Notes under the pieces: model-generated | What the model was told of the DNA's origin: nothing | The model's input: the letters and a program-made list of their open reading frames with translations, nothing else | Databases searched by the model: none | In this document: positions 10,267 to 21,755 of the stretch, piece after piece | How the letters are laid out: every line of letters starts with the position of its first letter | Position numbering within the stretch: position 1 is the stretch's first letter | From: Paraphysomonas bandaiensis | Lineage: Eukaryota > Protista > Chrysophyceae | Reading direction: 5' to 3' | Assembly: GCA_965644295.1 (NCBI GenBank) | Contig: CBFFRP010000445.1 | Span: 62,001 to 126,000 of the forward strand | DNA length: 64,000 nucleotides | Program-made: the position numbers and the translations under genes

Positions 10267-13200
10267 ATGGCCGCTTTTGACGTTAACCAGCTAATGAAGA
10301 ACCTCTCCTTGAGCCCTGAGAATGAGTCAGCTCTTATCTCTTCTGTTAAGGGGGACTGGAAGGTTCTTCCTCCTCTCATCGCTAAGCTCGATGCTCAGGT
10401 CTCAAAGACTGGCAAGGGCGACGTGTCTGCCACTGTGGATGCATGTGGTGTGTACACTGTGCTGGCCAACAACTGCATGCAGTCTGCTGAGGCTCACCTG
10501 TGCGCCAGTCTGTCTGTTCTCTTTAAGGCTTCTGGATGCAAGCAGGGCGCTATTCGTAAGGCCGCCGCTGACTCTGTGAAGGCCATCACCTCAAACATTT
10601 GCGCTAACTCTGTTCGTGAAGTGCTTCAGTACTGCTTTGCTGCTGCTCAGATTGAGGAGAACTGGAATAGCCGCGTGCTTGCTCTCAATGTCATCGCCAG
10701 TTTTGGCGACCACGCTCCTGAGCAGCTCGGTAATGCCCTCCCACAGGTTGTGCCTGAGGTGACTGCCTGCATGACTGACACGAAGAAGGAGGTTAGCGAG
10801 GCTGCTTACGCTGCCATGTCTGCCGCCTGTGACGTTATCGGAAACAGAGATATTGAGCACATGACATCTCACATCCTCAAGTCTATCACCAATCCTGAGG
10901 AGGTCCCTGAGATTATGCATGCCCTTGCTGGCGTCACCTTCGTCCAGTCTGTGCAGTCCCCTGCTCTTGCCATGGTTGTGCCCCTGTTGCTTCGTGGTCT
11001 CAAGAGTCGTGTCACCGCTACCCGTCGTCAGTCTGCTGTTATCATTGACAACATGTCTAAGCTTGTCGATGACCCTCTTGATGCTGCTCCCTTTCTTCCC
11101 GAGCTTATGCCTGCCCTCGAGAGATCTGCCGATGCTATGTCTGATCCTGAGGCCCGCGCTGTCTCTGAGCGTGCTTCCTTCCAGCTTAATCGCCTCAATG
11201 ATCTTGTTAAGAGCATAGTTACCAAGGGTATTAACTACGACCTTGTTCTCACTGCCCTCAAGGAAAAGGTGTCTGGTGTCCCCGCCGAGGGTGAGGTTGC
11301 ACTCAAGCACATCGCCTCTTTGGTGTGCTCTCTTATGGGAGTGAAGCATTTCGACGTTGAGCAGTGGTCTGATGTATCCTCTCAGCTCGCTGTGCTTATC
11401 GGTGACTCAGCCGCCGCTGCTGCTGTCGAGGGCCTGATCCCCGTATGTAAGGAGATGATCAAGATTGAGACTGCCAACGATGATGATGACGACGATGCCG
11501 AGGAGCTCTGCAACTGTCAGTTTACCCTTGCCTACGGTACCAAGATTCTTCTTCACAACACGAACATGCGTCTCAAGAGAGGTGCCAAGTATGGTCTTCT
11601 CGGTGGTAACGATTCTGGTAAGACCACCCTCATGAGATCCATTGCCAACGGATCTGTGGAGGGATTCCCTGATTCCTCTCAGGTGCGCACTGTGTTCGTG
11701 GAGGCTGATATCCTTGGTGAGCTTTCCCATCTTTCTTGCGTGGACTACATCATGCAGGACCCTCGCTTGGCTGGACTCTCCCGTGAGGAGGTTCTTGCTA
11801 CCATGGCTAATGTCGGGTTCACTGAGAACGGTAAGGCCAAACCCAACAACCCCGTGTCATCTCTTTCTGGTGGATGGAGAATGAAGCTCGCTATGGCTCG
11901 TGCCATGCTTCAGAGAGCAGATATTCTGCTCCTCGACGAACCTACTAACCACTTGGACGTCATCAACGTGGCCTGGGTTAAGAACTACATCAACTCTCTC
12001 ACCAACGTGACTGCCATTATGGTGTCCCACGACTCTGGTTTCCTTAATGACTGCTGTACCAACATCCTTCAGATTGACCGCCTCAAGTTGCACCAGTACA
12101 AGGGCAACCTTGATAGCTTCATCGCCAAGAACCCTGAGGCAATGAGCTACTTCAGTCTTAAGGAGTCCAAGCTTAAGTTCAGCTTCCCTCAGCCTGGTCC
12201 TATTGAGGGTGTTAAGTCTCGCTCAAAGGCCCTCATGAAGATGTCCCACTGTGACTTCACCTACCCTGGCAACACCACTCCTACTCTCTTCGACATCAGC
12301 GTTCAGGTGTCCATGGCCTCTCGTGTGGGATGCGTCGGAGAGAATGGTGCCGGAAAGTCCACCATGATTAAGGTGCTCACTGGAGAAGTGGTTCCTCAGA
12401 CTGGAGAGGTCTGGAAGCACCCCAATGCCCGTATCGCATATGTCGCTCAGCATGCTTTCCACCACATTGAAAATCACCTCAACAAGACTCCTAACGAGTA
12501 CATTCGTTGGAGATATGCCAACGGTGAGGACAAGGAGTCTCTTGTCAAGGTTTCGATGGTTCTCACCGAGGAGGAGAAGAAGCTCCAGAGCGAGCCCTTT
12601 GAGCACTCATGGAAGGATGATGATGGAACTCAGCGCAAGGCCATGAAGGTTGTTTCTGAACTTGTTGGAAACAGACGTGAGAACAAGGACAAGAAGACTG
12701 AGTACGAAGTGAAGTTCAAGGGTGGTGAAGAGGGCTGGGTTACTGTTGAGGCTCTTACCAGACGTGGATGGTCCAAGGGCTGCAAGGCCATTGATGCCAG
12801 ACTTGCCCAGAGAGCTGGTCTCTATGTCCGCACTCTCTCTTCCGCCAATGTCGAGAAGCACCTTGGTGACTGTGGTCTTGGTGCCGAGTTCGCGACCCAC
12901 TACCGTATGTCTGCCCTCTCTGGTGGACAAAAGGTTAAGGTCGTGATCGCCGCTGCCATGTGGAACCAACCCCATATTCTCATTCTTGACGAGCCTACCA
13001 ACTACCTCGACAGAGAGTCGTTGGGTGCCCTCGCTAAGGCTATTGAGGAGTTCGAGGGTGGTGTCGTTATCATTTCCCACAACAACGAGTTTGTGTCTAC
13101 CCTCTGTCCCGAGGAGTGGGTGATGGACGCTGGCCACTTGACCACTAAGGGCGAAGTGGGATGGATGAACAGACAGGACGACAAGATCTCGGATACCCAG

Positions 13201-13377
13201 ATCATCACCGAGATGACTGATGCTCTCGGAAACGTTAGTGAGGTAAAAGTCAAGAAGACTCTTTCCAAGCGTGATCAGAAGGCCAAGATTAAGATCCTGA
13301 AGAAGAAGATTAAGGAAGGCGAAGAGCTTGACACAGATGATGAGGAGTTCGCACAGGAACACAATCTCTATGATTAA
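10267..13377 (+). CDS. eEF3: Translation elongation factor 3 (eEF3, ABCF family), 1036 aa
   Basis: N-terminal HEAT region, ELCNCQFTLAYG motif, ABC1 (GGNDSGKTT, LSGGWRMK, LDEPTNHLD), ABC2 (GENGAGKST, LSGGQKVK) with chromodomain-like insert, Lys/acidic tail. Intronless with strong codon bias. Confidence 0.96.
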   Translation: MAAFDVNQLMKNLSLSPENESALISSVKGDWKVLPPLIAKLDAQVSKTGKGDVSATVDACGVYTVLANNCMQSAEAHLCASLSVLFKASGCKQGAIRKAAADSVKAITSNICANSVREVLQYCFAAAQIEENWNSRVLALNVIASFGDHAPEQLGNALPQVVPEVTACMTDTKKEVSEAAYAAMSAACDVIGNRDIEHMTSHILKSITNPEEVPEIMHALAGVTFVQSVQSPALAMVVPLLLRGLKSRVTATRRQSAVIIDNMSKLVDDPLDAAPFLPELMPALERSADAMSDPEARAVSERASFQLNRLNDLVKSIVTKGINYDLVLTALKEKVSGVPAEGEVALKHIASLVCSLMGVKHFDVEQWSDVSSQLAVLIGDSAAAAAVEGLIPVCKEMIKIETANDDDDDDAEELCNCQFTLAYGTKILLHNTNMRLKRGAKYGLLGGNDSGKTTLMRSIANGSVEGFPDSSQVRTVFVEADILGELSHLSCVDYIMQDPRLAGLSREEVLATMANVGFTENGKAKPNNPVSSLSGGWRMKLAMARAMLQRADILLLDEPTNHLDVINVAWVKNYINSLTNVTAIMVSHDSGFLNDCCTNILQIDRLKLHQYKGNLDSFIAKNPEAMSYFSLKESKLKFSFPQPGPIEGVKSRSKALMKMSHCDFTYPGNTTPTLFDISVQVSMASRVGCVGENGAGKSTMIKVLTGEVVPQTGEVWKHPNARIAYVAQHAFHHIENHLNKTPNEYIRWRYANGEDKESLVKVSMVLTEEEKKLQSEPFEHSWKDDDGTQRKAMKVVSELVGNRRENKDKKTEYEVKFKGGEEGWVTVEALTRRGWSKGCKAIDARLAQRAGLYVRTLSSANVEKHLGDCGLGAEFATHYRMSALSGGQKVKVVIAAAMWNQPHILILDEPTNYLDRESLGALAKAIEEFEGGVVIISHNNEFVSTLCPEEWVMDAGHLTTKGEVGWMNRQDDKISDTQIITEMTDALGNVSEVKVKKTLSKRDQKAKIKILKKKIKEGEELDTDDEEFAQEHNLYD

Positions 13378-13904
13378 CTTATGTGTTGGTTGTGATACTT
13401 TTTGTGACGGAGTCTATTGTAGCGGGTTAGTCAGACAATGTCACTTCATTATTAGCTGTATTTCTGCCATATATCCGTATCTGTGGCAATGTTTTGAGTT
13501 CACTATACTTTATTTGCCTATGTCATTCGTCTTGAAGTCGTAGATATAAGGCGTTGAGTTGAGTAAGTTCAGAAGAGATATTTGGGAATTTAAAGTTAAA
13601 TAGATAATTACTTCGATTTGCATTTGGTCTCAAATAATGTGTTTCTATTGCTAAATTGCACTCACTGATAAAGATAACAACAGCGCATGACTACAGTACC
13701 TATTTACGCTATACCTGAGATTACGTAGGGCACTGGAATTCATGTGTTCAAAAAGGATATTTGCAAAGATCAAGGGAGGGAACAGTACATCGTAGCAGTA
13801 TTGTAATTTAGCTTTCCGACACTACTTTTATAACCGCTCCAACAATATATCAACACGATTTAAAAATTTATAGGAAAATAAATACGTGCGCATATTGTTC
13901 TAGC

Positions 13905-14712
13905 CAGGGCTAGGAAACAATATATTGCAATACTATTGTTAGAGAGCGCTCCATCAATAGTATTGATGGAGATTTTAAACAGGCCCAACAATACAATTAC
14001 AATATATTGCAATTTATTGTCAATGTATTGCAATATATTAGTATGACTAATCAGTAAGTAAACATATCCGTAGACTCCACTTTTAGTGTTAGTCATTAAG
14101 ATCACATGACAACGAAACCAACTACTGCTTATAGCTAATAAAAATCCACCTCTTCCTCATCCTCTGAGCCATCATTGGTGAAGTCAACATCACCATATTC
14201 ATCCACAGTATTAATCGAGATATGCTTGTATCCGGCCACAACTGTCGAATAGCTTTCAGAAACAACAGCATATTAAGTAGGATGGATACTATTGCGCAAC
14301 ACTGATATAATAATATTTTTAGCTGCGCTGAACAGACGTTCCCATGTATTGGAAGTACATACCAGGGCCTGGTAACCGTTAACGACTCGTGGACCTGTAC
14401 GTTTCTAAATTTTTTGAGATGACTGAAGATTTTTATTTGCATAGTTAACATTCAACATCAGCTTCATCATCCTCTGTAATGCTGTAATCAATTTCTCGGT
14501 TATTTATATCCATTTTGCACCCTACAGTTGAGAATCTTCTCTTATATGACTATCATAATATTGATTGCAATATATTGCAATATATTGTGAGCTACTTTAA
14601 CAGAAACAATATTGATGGGATTTTTGGCCGGTCGACCAATCAATATATTTTACAATATATTGCAATATATTGTACAATGTATTGCAATTCAATATATTGT
14701 TTCCTAGCCCTG
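13905..14712. mobile_element. Non-autonomous hAT element with transposase C-terminal relic
   Basis: Perfect TIR CAGGGCTAGGAAACAATATATTG. 8-bp TSD GTTCTAGC (13897-13904, 14713-14720). Minus-strand relic SNTWERLFSAAK...LNMLLFLKAIRQLW resembles the hAT dimerisation domain. Confidence 0.92.
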
Positions 14713-15374
14713 GTTCTAGCCAGTATGGTCACCTGGCCCTCCACGGTGCAAAAACTAATTGTATTCTTTCTAGTATTAACACTCGGTAACGTCGCCATCA
14801 CCACGTACATTCAAAATTAAGTGATACATGTTACATGTATGCTTTCGGCCACAAGTGTCGATTAGAATTCTGAAACAGTATTAGGTTAAGTGCAGTAGGA
14901 TAGTGGATAGTAGGATTCATCGTTCATATGTCTCTTCTTATCACTATAGGATATATATATTATATTAAGAGAATTACTGTACATACATGTGTAGAGGTGT
15001 AGAGTACTATTCGAGCTGACGATACATAAAAGTAGAAAATTGCCCCATATTGACAGCGTAACTAATTACTGCGTGCGGCCCCCTATTGGGTGCTGCTGAG
15101 TGCTGCTGCGATTGCTCACCTCTATCTATGTACACATTGCTTAGTTCAGCACTACCCCACCCGGGGTCTCACTGCATATTCAGCGCTGAATACCATGTGA
15201 TAATGATGTAGCTAGTTGGGTTCAGTAGGTAGCTAGCAAATAACATATGGGACTTAAATCGAGTATTAGGTACCCACCCGGCCCCCATCCGAATCTACCT
15301 AAGTACGCGCTCAGAATGGGGCAAAAATAACATCAAAAATAGGCTTTTTTCTTATTCATATACATGGACTTATA

Positions 15375-15545
15375 TTTTGCACCATACAGTTAAGAATCTT
15401 TCTGTATATGACTATCATAATATTGATTGAAATATATTGTGAGCCACTTTAGCAGGAACAATATTGATGAGTGTTTTGGCCACCACCAATCATTATATAT
15501 TTCAATATTATATATATATTGTACAATGTATTGTTTCCTAGTCCT
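15375..15545. mobile_element. Second, partial right end of the same hAT family
   Basis: Diverged copy of ~14515-14712 ending GTTTCCTAGTCCTG. Confidence 0.75.
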
Positions 15546-15939
15546 GATGCATACTATGCTCAACTCTAATAAAGTAAGTTTAGCTGCGCTAACCAGACAT
15601 TTACGAGAAATAACTTCTCAATCTAATCTGCTCCTTAACCATATGTGGGGTCTAAGCTAATCTCAAAACTTTCGTATTATATTCTGTCTACAACTCCAAT
15701 ATTCAGTAATATGATATATATCAGAATCGTCACATTGATAAATGTTTTCGCATACTGTACAGGATTTTGAATATAGTGATGTCATATTATTAATTAAATA
15801 CTCTGGCAGGTCAAAATACGGCAATTTTCAGTGCCTACTTTCTGAGGATGATGAGTCCTTATGAAAGCCTAATTATTGCTGCAGTCCTGTTTTGTGTTTT
15901 GATCGGTCACAATTTCAGTGTTGGCGATTTGTTGCCAAA

Positions 15940-18900
15940 CTAATTCGCAGTATTACACTGCTTTGTTCCACCTGATGGGCTTCTAAAGAAACGACGCTTT
16001 CCTTTCGCGCTTTTCTTCCCGTGCGTGCTGGGCGCGCTCTTTACTCGCACTGAAGATGCTACAGCCGATTCTTGACGGTCTAGTTTTTCGTTGCCAATCG
16101 ATAAGCTAGACATCTCGGTTGTAAGGTCAGCATATGGCGCTTTCGTCAGTTTGGTAGTTTTATCACCGTTGTCAACAGCACCATCAGTCATTAGCCGCTC
16201 CCTTAACTTATTCTCTTCGTAGAAGTGACCTCGACTTCTAGCGTCTTTAATAAGTGCTTTGAGAGCTGAACCCTCTTCTTGGCCTAAGGTTTTGGCATGG
16301 CCGAGCATAATCAATGTGCTTTTGGCACGAGTCAATGCCACGTTGAGACGCCGAAAATCGTTTACAAATCCAACCCCCCCTTTCTTTCTTTGGGATTCAG
16401 GTGCTCGTACAAAAGACAAAATAATGATATCGGCCTCCCCGCCTTGAAAACTATCCACGCTGCTCACACGTATCTTGTTTAATTCATGGCATTTCGCCTT
16501 CGTCAAGGCATTTTGAATTTCTTTCACTTGAGCCGTGTAAAAGGTGATGATGCCTATTTCTTTATGCGGGAATTGCTGCTGACATGATTTAACCACTTTA
16601 GCAACATACTCTGCTTCCTTGGGGTTGTATGAACTGGTGCCTTTCTTTTGCATGAGGTTACCATTTTCGCCCATGTTGTAGAAAGTGTACGGGCGGAACA
16701 AACTATTTCTATCAACCGCATCAAAATCGAGGCTGGCTGCTGTTTTCAACTTGCCCTCATACCAGTGTCTTGAAGGGAATTTGCAGATTTCAGGGTGCAT
16801 GCGGTACTGTTCGCTCAACATCAGCGTGTGTACGCGACATTCTTCCTGCAAGCGCCACATCATGGACCAATCATAGTGATGGGTTTTGGCGCACTCAGAG
16901 ATAACCGTAGCCGGAAGTTGTTTGGTATCGCCTACAAGCAGAACACGCTTGGGCTCATATTGAAAAGCAATTAACGTTTCTGCCTCTACCGATTGTGCAG
17001 CTTCATCTACAATTAAGTTGTCCACCGCATCACAGTCTGTTAGTTGTGTTCGTCCCGTGATACTGAGTGTAGAGAAAATCCAGCGTGCGCCGTTGAGTAA
17101 CGACAATTCAATAGTCTTATTGCTTCTTAAGGTGTTTGATAACTCTTCTAGTTTCTCGCATTGTGTTGTAAGCACTTCTATCCACTTGTCAGGCGATAAT
17201 TTGTCGGGATCATTATTCTCCATAGCAGTATTTAGGTCCGACGTCTCACGTTCAATAGACACGCCTAACCTTCTAAACTGGGATTCCAATCGCTGCAAAT
17301 GATCACGTTCTGCTTCAAAACTCTTTCTCAGGAGTTTAGTACAAATGGAATCAATAAAAGTATCGCGGTCTTCAATTAATTCATCAAAATGAAGCTTCTT
17401 TAGCAATTCTCGTAAACTGTAGACAACTTCCTTAAATTTCACGTTAAAATCATTGACAAACAAATCAGAAGTTTTCCTTTTATCAATGCAGTCGACAAGT
17501 ATCTGCAACAGGGAGTGGTTGGGGTGATTTTTCTTCCGGTCCTCACATTTTCCTTTCAGGAGTTCAAACCAAGTTTGGGGTTTATCGCCCAGTACACGTT
17601 TCAGTAGATGTTGTTTTTGTTTCACGCGTTTATCAATCTCAGAAGGAATATTCTTCAACCAGTGGTTTAAAGAAATGGGTCGAAGTTTTTCAGGAATTTT
17701 GCCCTCAACGCCAACCAAAATCATGGCGCTATTTGGATTCTCATCGTAAAAACGTTCAGCCAGCACTTGAATGGCTTTGTTTGAGGATGCGCATACCAAG
17801 TTCCGTTGTTCCTTAAGATGTTTGAGCAGTGTCACCAACGTGGTTGTTTTGCCGGTGCCAGGTGGGCCTTGCAAAAGCAGTGTACCTCCTTCAGGGAGCC
17901 TCTTGAACTCTGTTATAGCGCGAGACTGGCCTTGGTTAAGATTGGATACTATTGTCGATGGTACGGTGTCAGTAGAAGGCGTGTAGCGGATATCACCGAG
18001 TGCTATCTTGCCAATAGGAAGGCGGCTCCGAAGACTAAGAGATGACATGGACTCCTTTCTGCAGACATCAAACATCCGCTCTTGTGTCACCAGACATCCC
18101 AAATAAGTTGCACGCCAGCGTTGAGTAGCCTGAAAACATTTCCTGTGTTCTCTATAGAAACTTTGAAAGACTCTTGCTCGTGCTTTAACCTTTTTTTTAT
18201 CATCACTCTCATTAGCTATCGCCAGTAAATATCTTTGAGGAGTATCTTTTAAAAATATCTTTAAGGGACACACTTCATAAAATCTTGAAGGGTTACTCAC
18301 TTTTTCCTATAGGAGTCAGGAGCAGCACGTTCATATATGGGCTATGATCCTCATGTACATCTATACGACCCGTGAAGGATAAGATCCATGGATTCCCCTC
18401 CACTCGAGGCACTGACACATCACATGAGAGGGTCAGTATACTTGTACTCCTATGAGTAGAGTTTAATCCTTGATGGATGATTGCACGTGATTCTTCGAGA
18501 ATATGAGGGATGAAACTCTCATAGTATGAGGATCTGATAGTGTATGTGTATGTTAGTAGAGCTCAATGTATGTATGTATGTATGTATGTATGTATGTATG
18601 TATGTATGTATGTATGTATGTATGTATGTATGTATGTATGTATGTATGTATGTATGTATGTATGTATGTATGTATGTATGTATGTATGTATGTATGTATG
18701 TATATATATATGTGTGTATGTATGTATGACTGTAGTTTGATTGTATTATATGAGACTGTTACATGTATATGTATGTATAGTGTGCTACTTACTTGAGTTG
18801 ATGTCGTGCAGGTAGATCATTAAGGGACACGGGAGTTTTAATAGTCCGTAAATCCCACTTTAATATACATTGTTTAAAATCTAAATCATATTCATTAACT

Positions 18901-18983
18901 TTATGACGTTGATGTTTGGAATGAGTTGATCTATGAGTGAATCTGTGACAAGAGTTAGTGATTAGAAGAAACATAGTCATCAT
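15940..18983 (-). CDS. Sen1/Upf1-like SF1B helicase (AAA_11/AAA_12); start uncertain
   Basis: Motifs QGPPGTGKT, DEAAQ, GDTKQLP, QYRMHPEI, VDSFQGGE, RRLNVALTRAK. Introns 18246-18300 and 18534-18792 join upstream exons in frame, giving ILKWD...SYYESFIPHILEESRAII, a Sen1-type pre-helicase motif. Confidence 0.9.
18566..18728. repeat. (TATG)n microsatellite inside a helicase intron
   Basis: Read directly. Confidence 0.97.
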
Positions 18984-19594
18984 TGTATCCCTACCGGATC
19001 ATAAGTATGATAAAATTTCCAGTAAGTATTACAAGAAAATGGTATAATAAAAGTGAGGAAAGTGATACTTACAATACATAGAAAAGTGAGCAATTCAACA
19101 CCACTAAAAATTTAAAAAAGTCCAGAAATTGGATTATTTAAGAATCTTAGAAATGGACAAAAAGTTCGTATGTGTATGTAAGTGTAAATGATATCATTGT
19201 ATAGTCTGCTGATGATGATGATGATGATTGATAGTCATAATCACACCGTTGAGTTGATCATACTACAACCTTAAGAGGACATGCCTCTCATTTCATGTAT
19301 ACATCACTGTTTGCATAACTTTTATATTGTCCAATGTTACCATGTGAAGGGAGTCCTTCCCTGTGAAGGGAGTCATTCACAGCCTCAGTGATCTTTCATA
19401 TACAGCATTGATTGGAGGATATCCATCCATAAGAGTGTCGTATGTCATATATATACTGTGAGAGGAGGTATACTCTTCTCAGTCTTCTATTCAATAATAA
19501 GCATTAGTGTTTTTAATACAAGAATAATTCTCATGAAGAGTTTTAAGTCTTGTAGAGTATATTCTCACCATATTAATATATGCATGTATACTGC

Positions 19595-19715
19595 CTTATG
19601 GATTGCCTCTAATATTGAGACAACAATTATCTGTATTTCCGCTGTAGTTGTATTGCAGTAATAGAGAGTATTTTTGCTTCAATTCATTTCCGAAAACTAT
19701 GATGCTGACTGAGCA
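19595..19715. repeat. Dispersed ~120-150-bp repeat, family C (also ~22830-22980 and ~36790-36935)
   Basis: Shared CTCTA(A/T)TATTGAGACAA...TTGCTTCAATT...GATGCTGACTG, all in direct orientation. Confidence 0.85.
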
Positions 19716-20216
19716 TATCTGTCAGTAGGATTTGTAGGAAGCAATATGTTGGCTCTGCTAAAAAATCGACCTTTTTTCATTATTTGTGGAATATATTGGT
19801 CATCAAAAAACAGCATGTATCAAAAAAGCCTGGATATGGGCATACTGGATGAAAATCAATACTTTTTGGTGTCAAAATGTAAAAAAATGGGGAAAAAGTT
19901 GAAAATGCGACTATTTACCATAAGCATTATTGGGATAAACAGATTACTTGTACACTTGGACCGAGTTTGTGCATGTCGATATATTTCATTAAAAAGTCAT
20001 CGTTTTATCATTAAAAAGTCACATTTTTCACTTTTCACTGAGAAAATGATGACTTTTCAATGAAATAAATGATAAAATTGGCCAGTATACTCCAGTATCA
20101 TGCATGGTGTCGCTTAATATCCAGATATCAGTCCAACGTGAAGATCTTATCTCAGAGTTAATGCAGTGAACACCAAAGTCATTACTAAGATCTCATCATT
20201 TAACTACTTCCTATTC

Positions 20217-21437
20217 ATGACAATGACATCAGTAATATACCCATGTGTAATGGAGCGAATCATAGAGTTGGCTGTCACTATAGAGAATTCAGCTAATCCT
20301 TTCCGCATGGATGGTCACTCCAAGGAGGACAATGTGGAGGATGATAAGCTAACAGCAATGCAAGAAATCATGGAGAGTCTTCATGAATATTGTCCGATGA
20401 CTCTACAGATCACACCTTCAATACTAGAAAGCACACTGAAGGAAATACTCGAAGATATACCAGATAAAATGACCCGTGATGGTGTAGACAAAGTCAATTT
20501 CTTTGAAGCTCTTTGTTTGAAGCCTACTGCTGATGAGAAATCGAAAGACGCTATGGCACAACATGTCGACGAAATCAATCAATTCAACTTAAACGTAAAG
20601 TCCTATTTCGAATCCATCCATGCAGGTATGGGTTCACGTGTTTCAAATGTATAAATCTATATATCCATACTTGAATGTGTAAATTTATTGTGCAGCTAAA
20701 GTCGCATTCCTTGAAGCTACGGTAACTGCCAAATCCAGCGCGGCAAGAGAGAAGTTGAAGACGGATGCTTTGGGAGCGGACCTCATTGATAGTGCTCTCG
20801 GTAACGACATAGTTATCTGACTGTATATATCATATCTAGTAGATGGTATAATCTTACGTTGCCTTGTTACAACGGTGTGAAATTTGATTTTCATTAAGGT
20901 AAGGATAAACCGCCAAAGAAGCGCAGGCGAACGCAAGTCAGACATGCGGTAAACTTGGTGGGTGGTGAAGGGGCTGATGATGGGCCCTCTGATGACCTGG
21001 AGCCGCCCTCCAAGATGACAATTGCAGATGCGATGATATATATAGCGGCCAAAGAATCCGCAACTCAACGCAAGCTGTTAGAAGTTGAACGAGGACGTCA
21101 TCGTGTCAATTTAGAAATTGAAAGAGAACGTCATCGTGTCGATTTAGAAATTACAAGAGAACGTCAGCGCGCCCAGCTCGAAATCGAAAAAAAGCGCTAC
21201 CATGACCAACTCGATATTGAAAAGGCACGGATTGAGCAGCTCAAACTTCAAATCGAGCTTGCTAAAACTGAATCGCAACGCCGCAATGTATGTACACTCA
21301 AATATATTGTATGTCTATGTATGTATATTGTGATATATGATATCATATATAATGTACTACATTCTGATGCCTTGACAGTATTTAATGTGAATTACGAAGG
21401 AATGATCTCTTACTATGATCTCGACCGCTATTTATGA
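20217..21437 (+). CDS. Putative Harbinger accessory (ORF1-like) protein, multi-exon; boundaries approximate
   Basis: Exons ~20217-20625, 20692-20799 and 20899-21290. Basic NLS-like PPKKRRR and C-terminal coiled coil. Convergent with a Harbinger nuclease relic. Confidence 0.55.
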
Positions 21438-21755
21438 ATTTTATATGTTTCTTTGTGATCGTGGCATGAGGTTTGTATTGTAGCTGTTACGTTAGTAAAC
21501 AGTGAACAATAGATAATTTTTTAATTAAAACGCATAACATCATATTTATATCATCTGTATCACCAGGCAATTCTGTATTCGTATATAGTTTATTTAAACA
21601 TATATCAATAACTGAGCTTACTTCCTTAACACTACACACTACATTCACCCTTTACAACTATGTTTTAGTTTTGTTGCATACGGTTAACTCATTTCAATTA
21701 TACATTCTGTCATACAGAAAAATCCAAGGGATACTTTTACTGAGTACAAATAATA

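Noticed and set aside
10591-13362. Antisense ORFs of 250+ aa opposite eEF3
   Set aside because: Shadow frames produced by strong codon bias.
18298-18300. GTG start of the 786-aa helicase ORF, suggesting a bacterial gene
   Set aside because: GTGAGT is better read as a splice donor of a 55-nt intron that joins conserved upstream coding sequence in frame.
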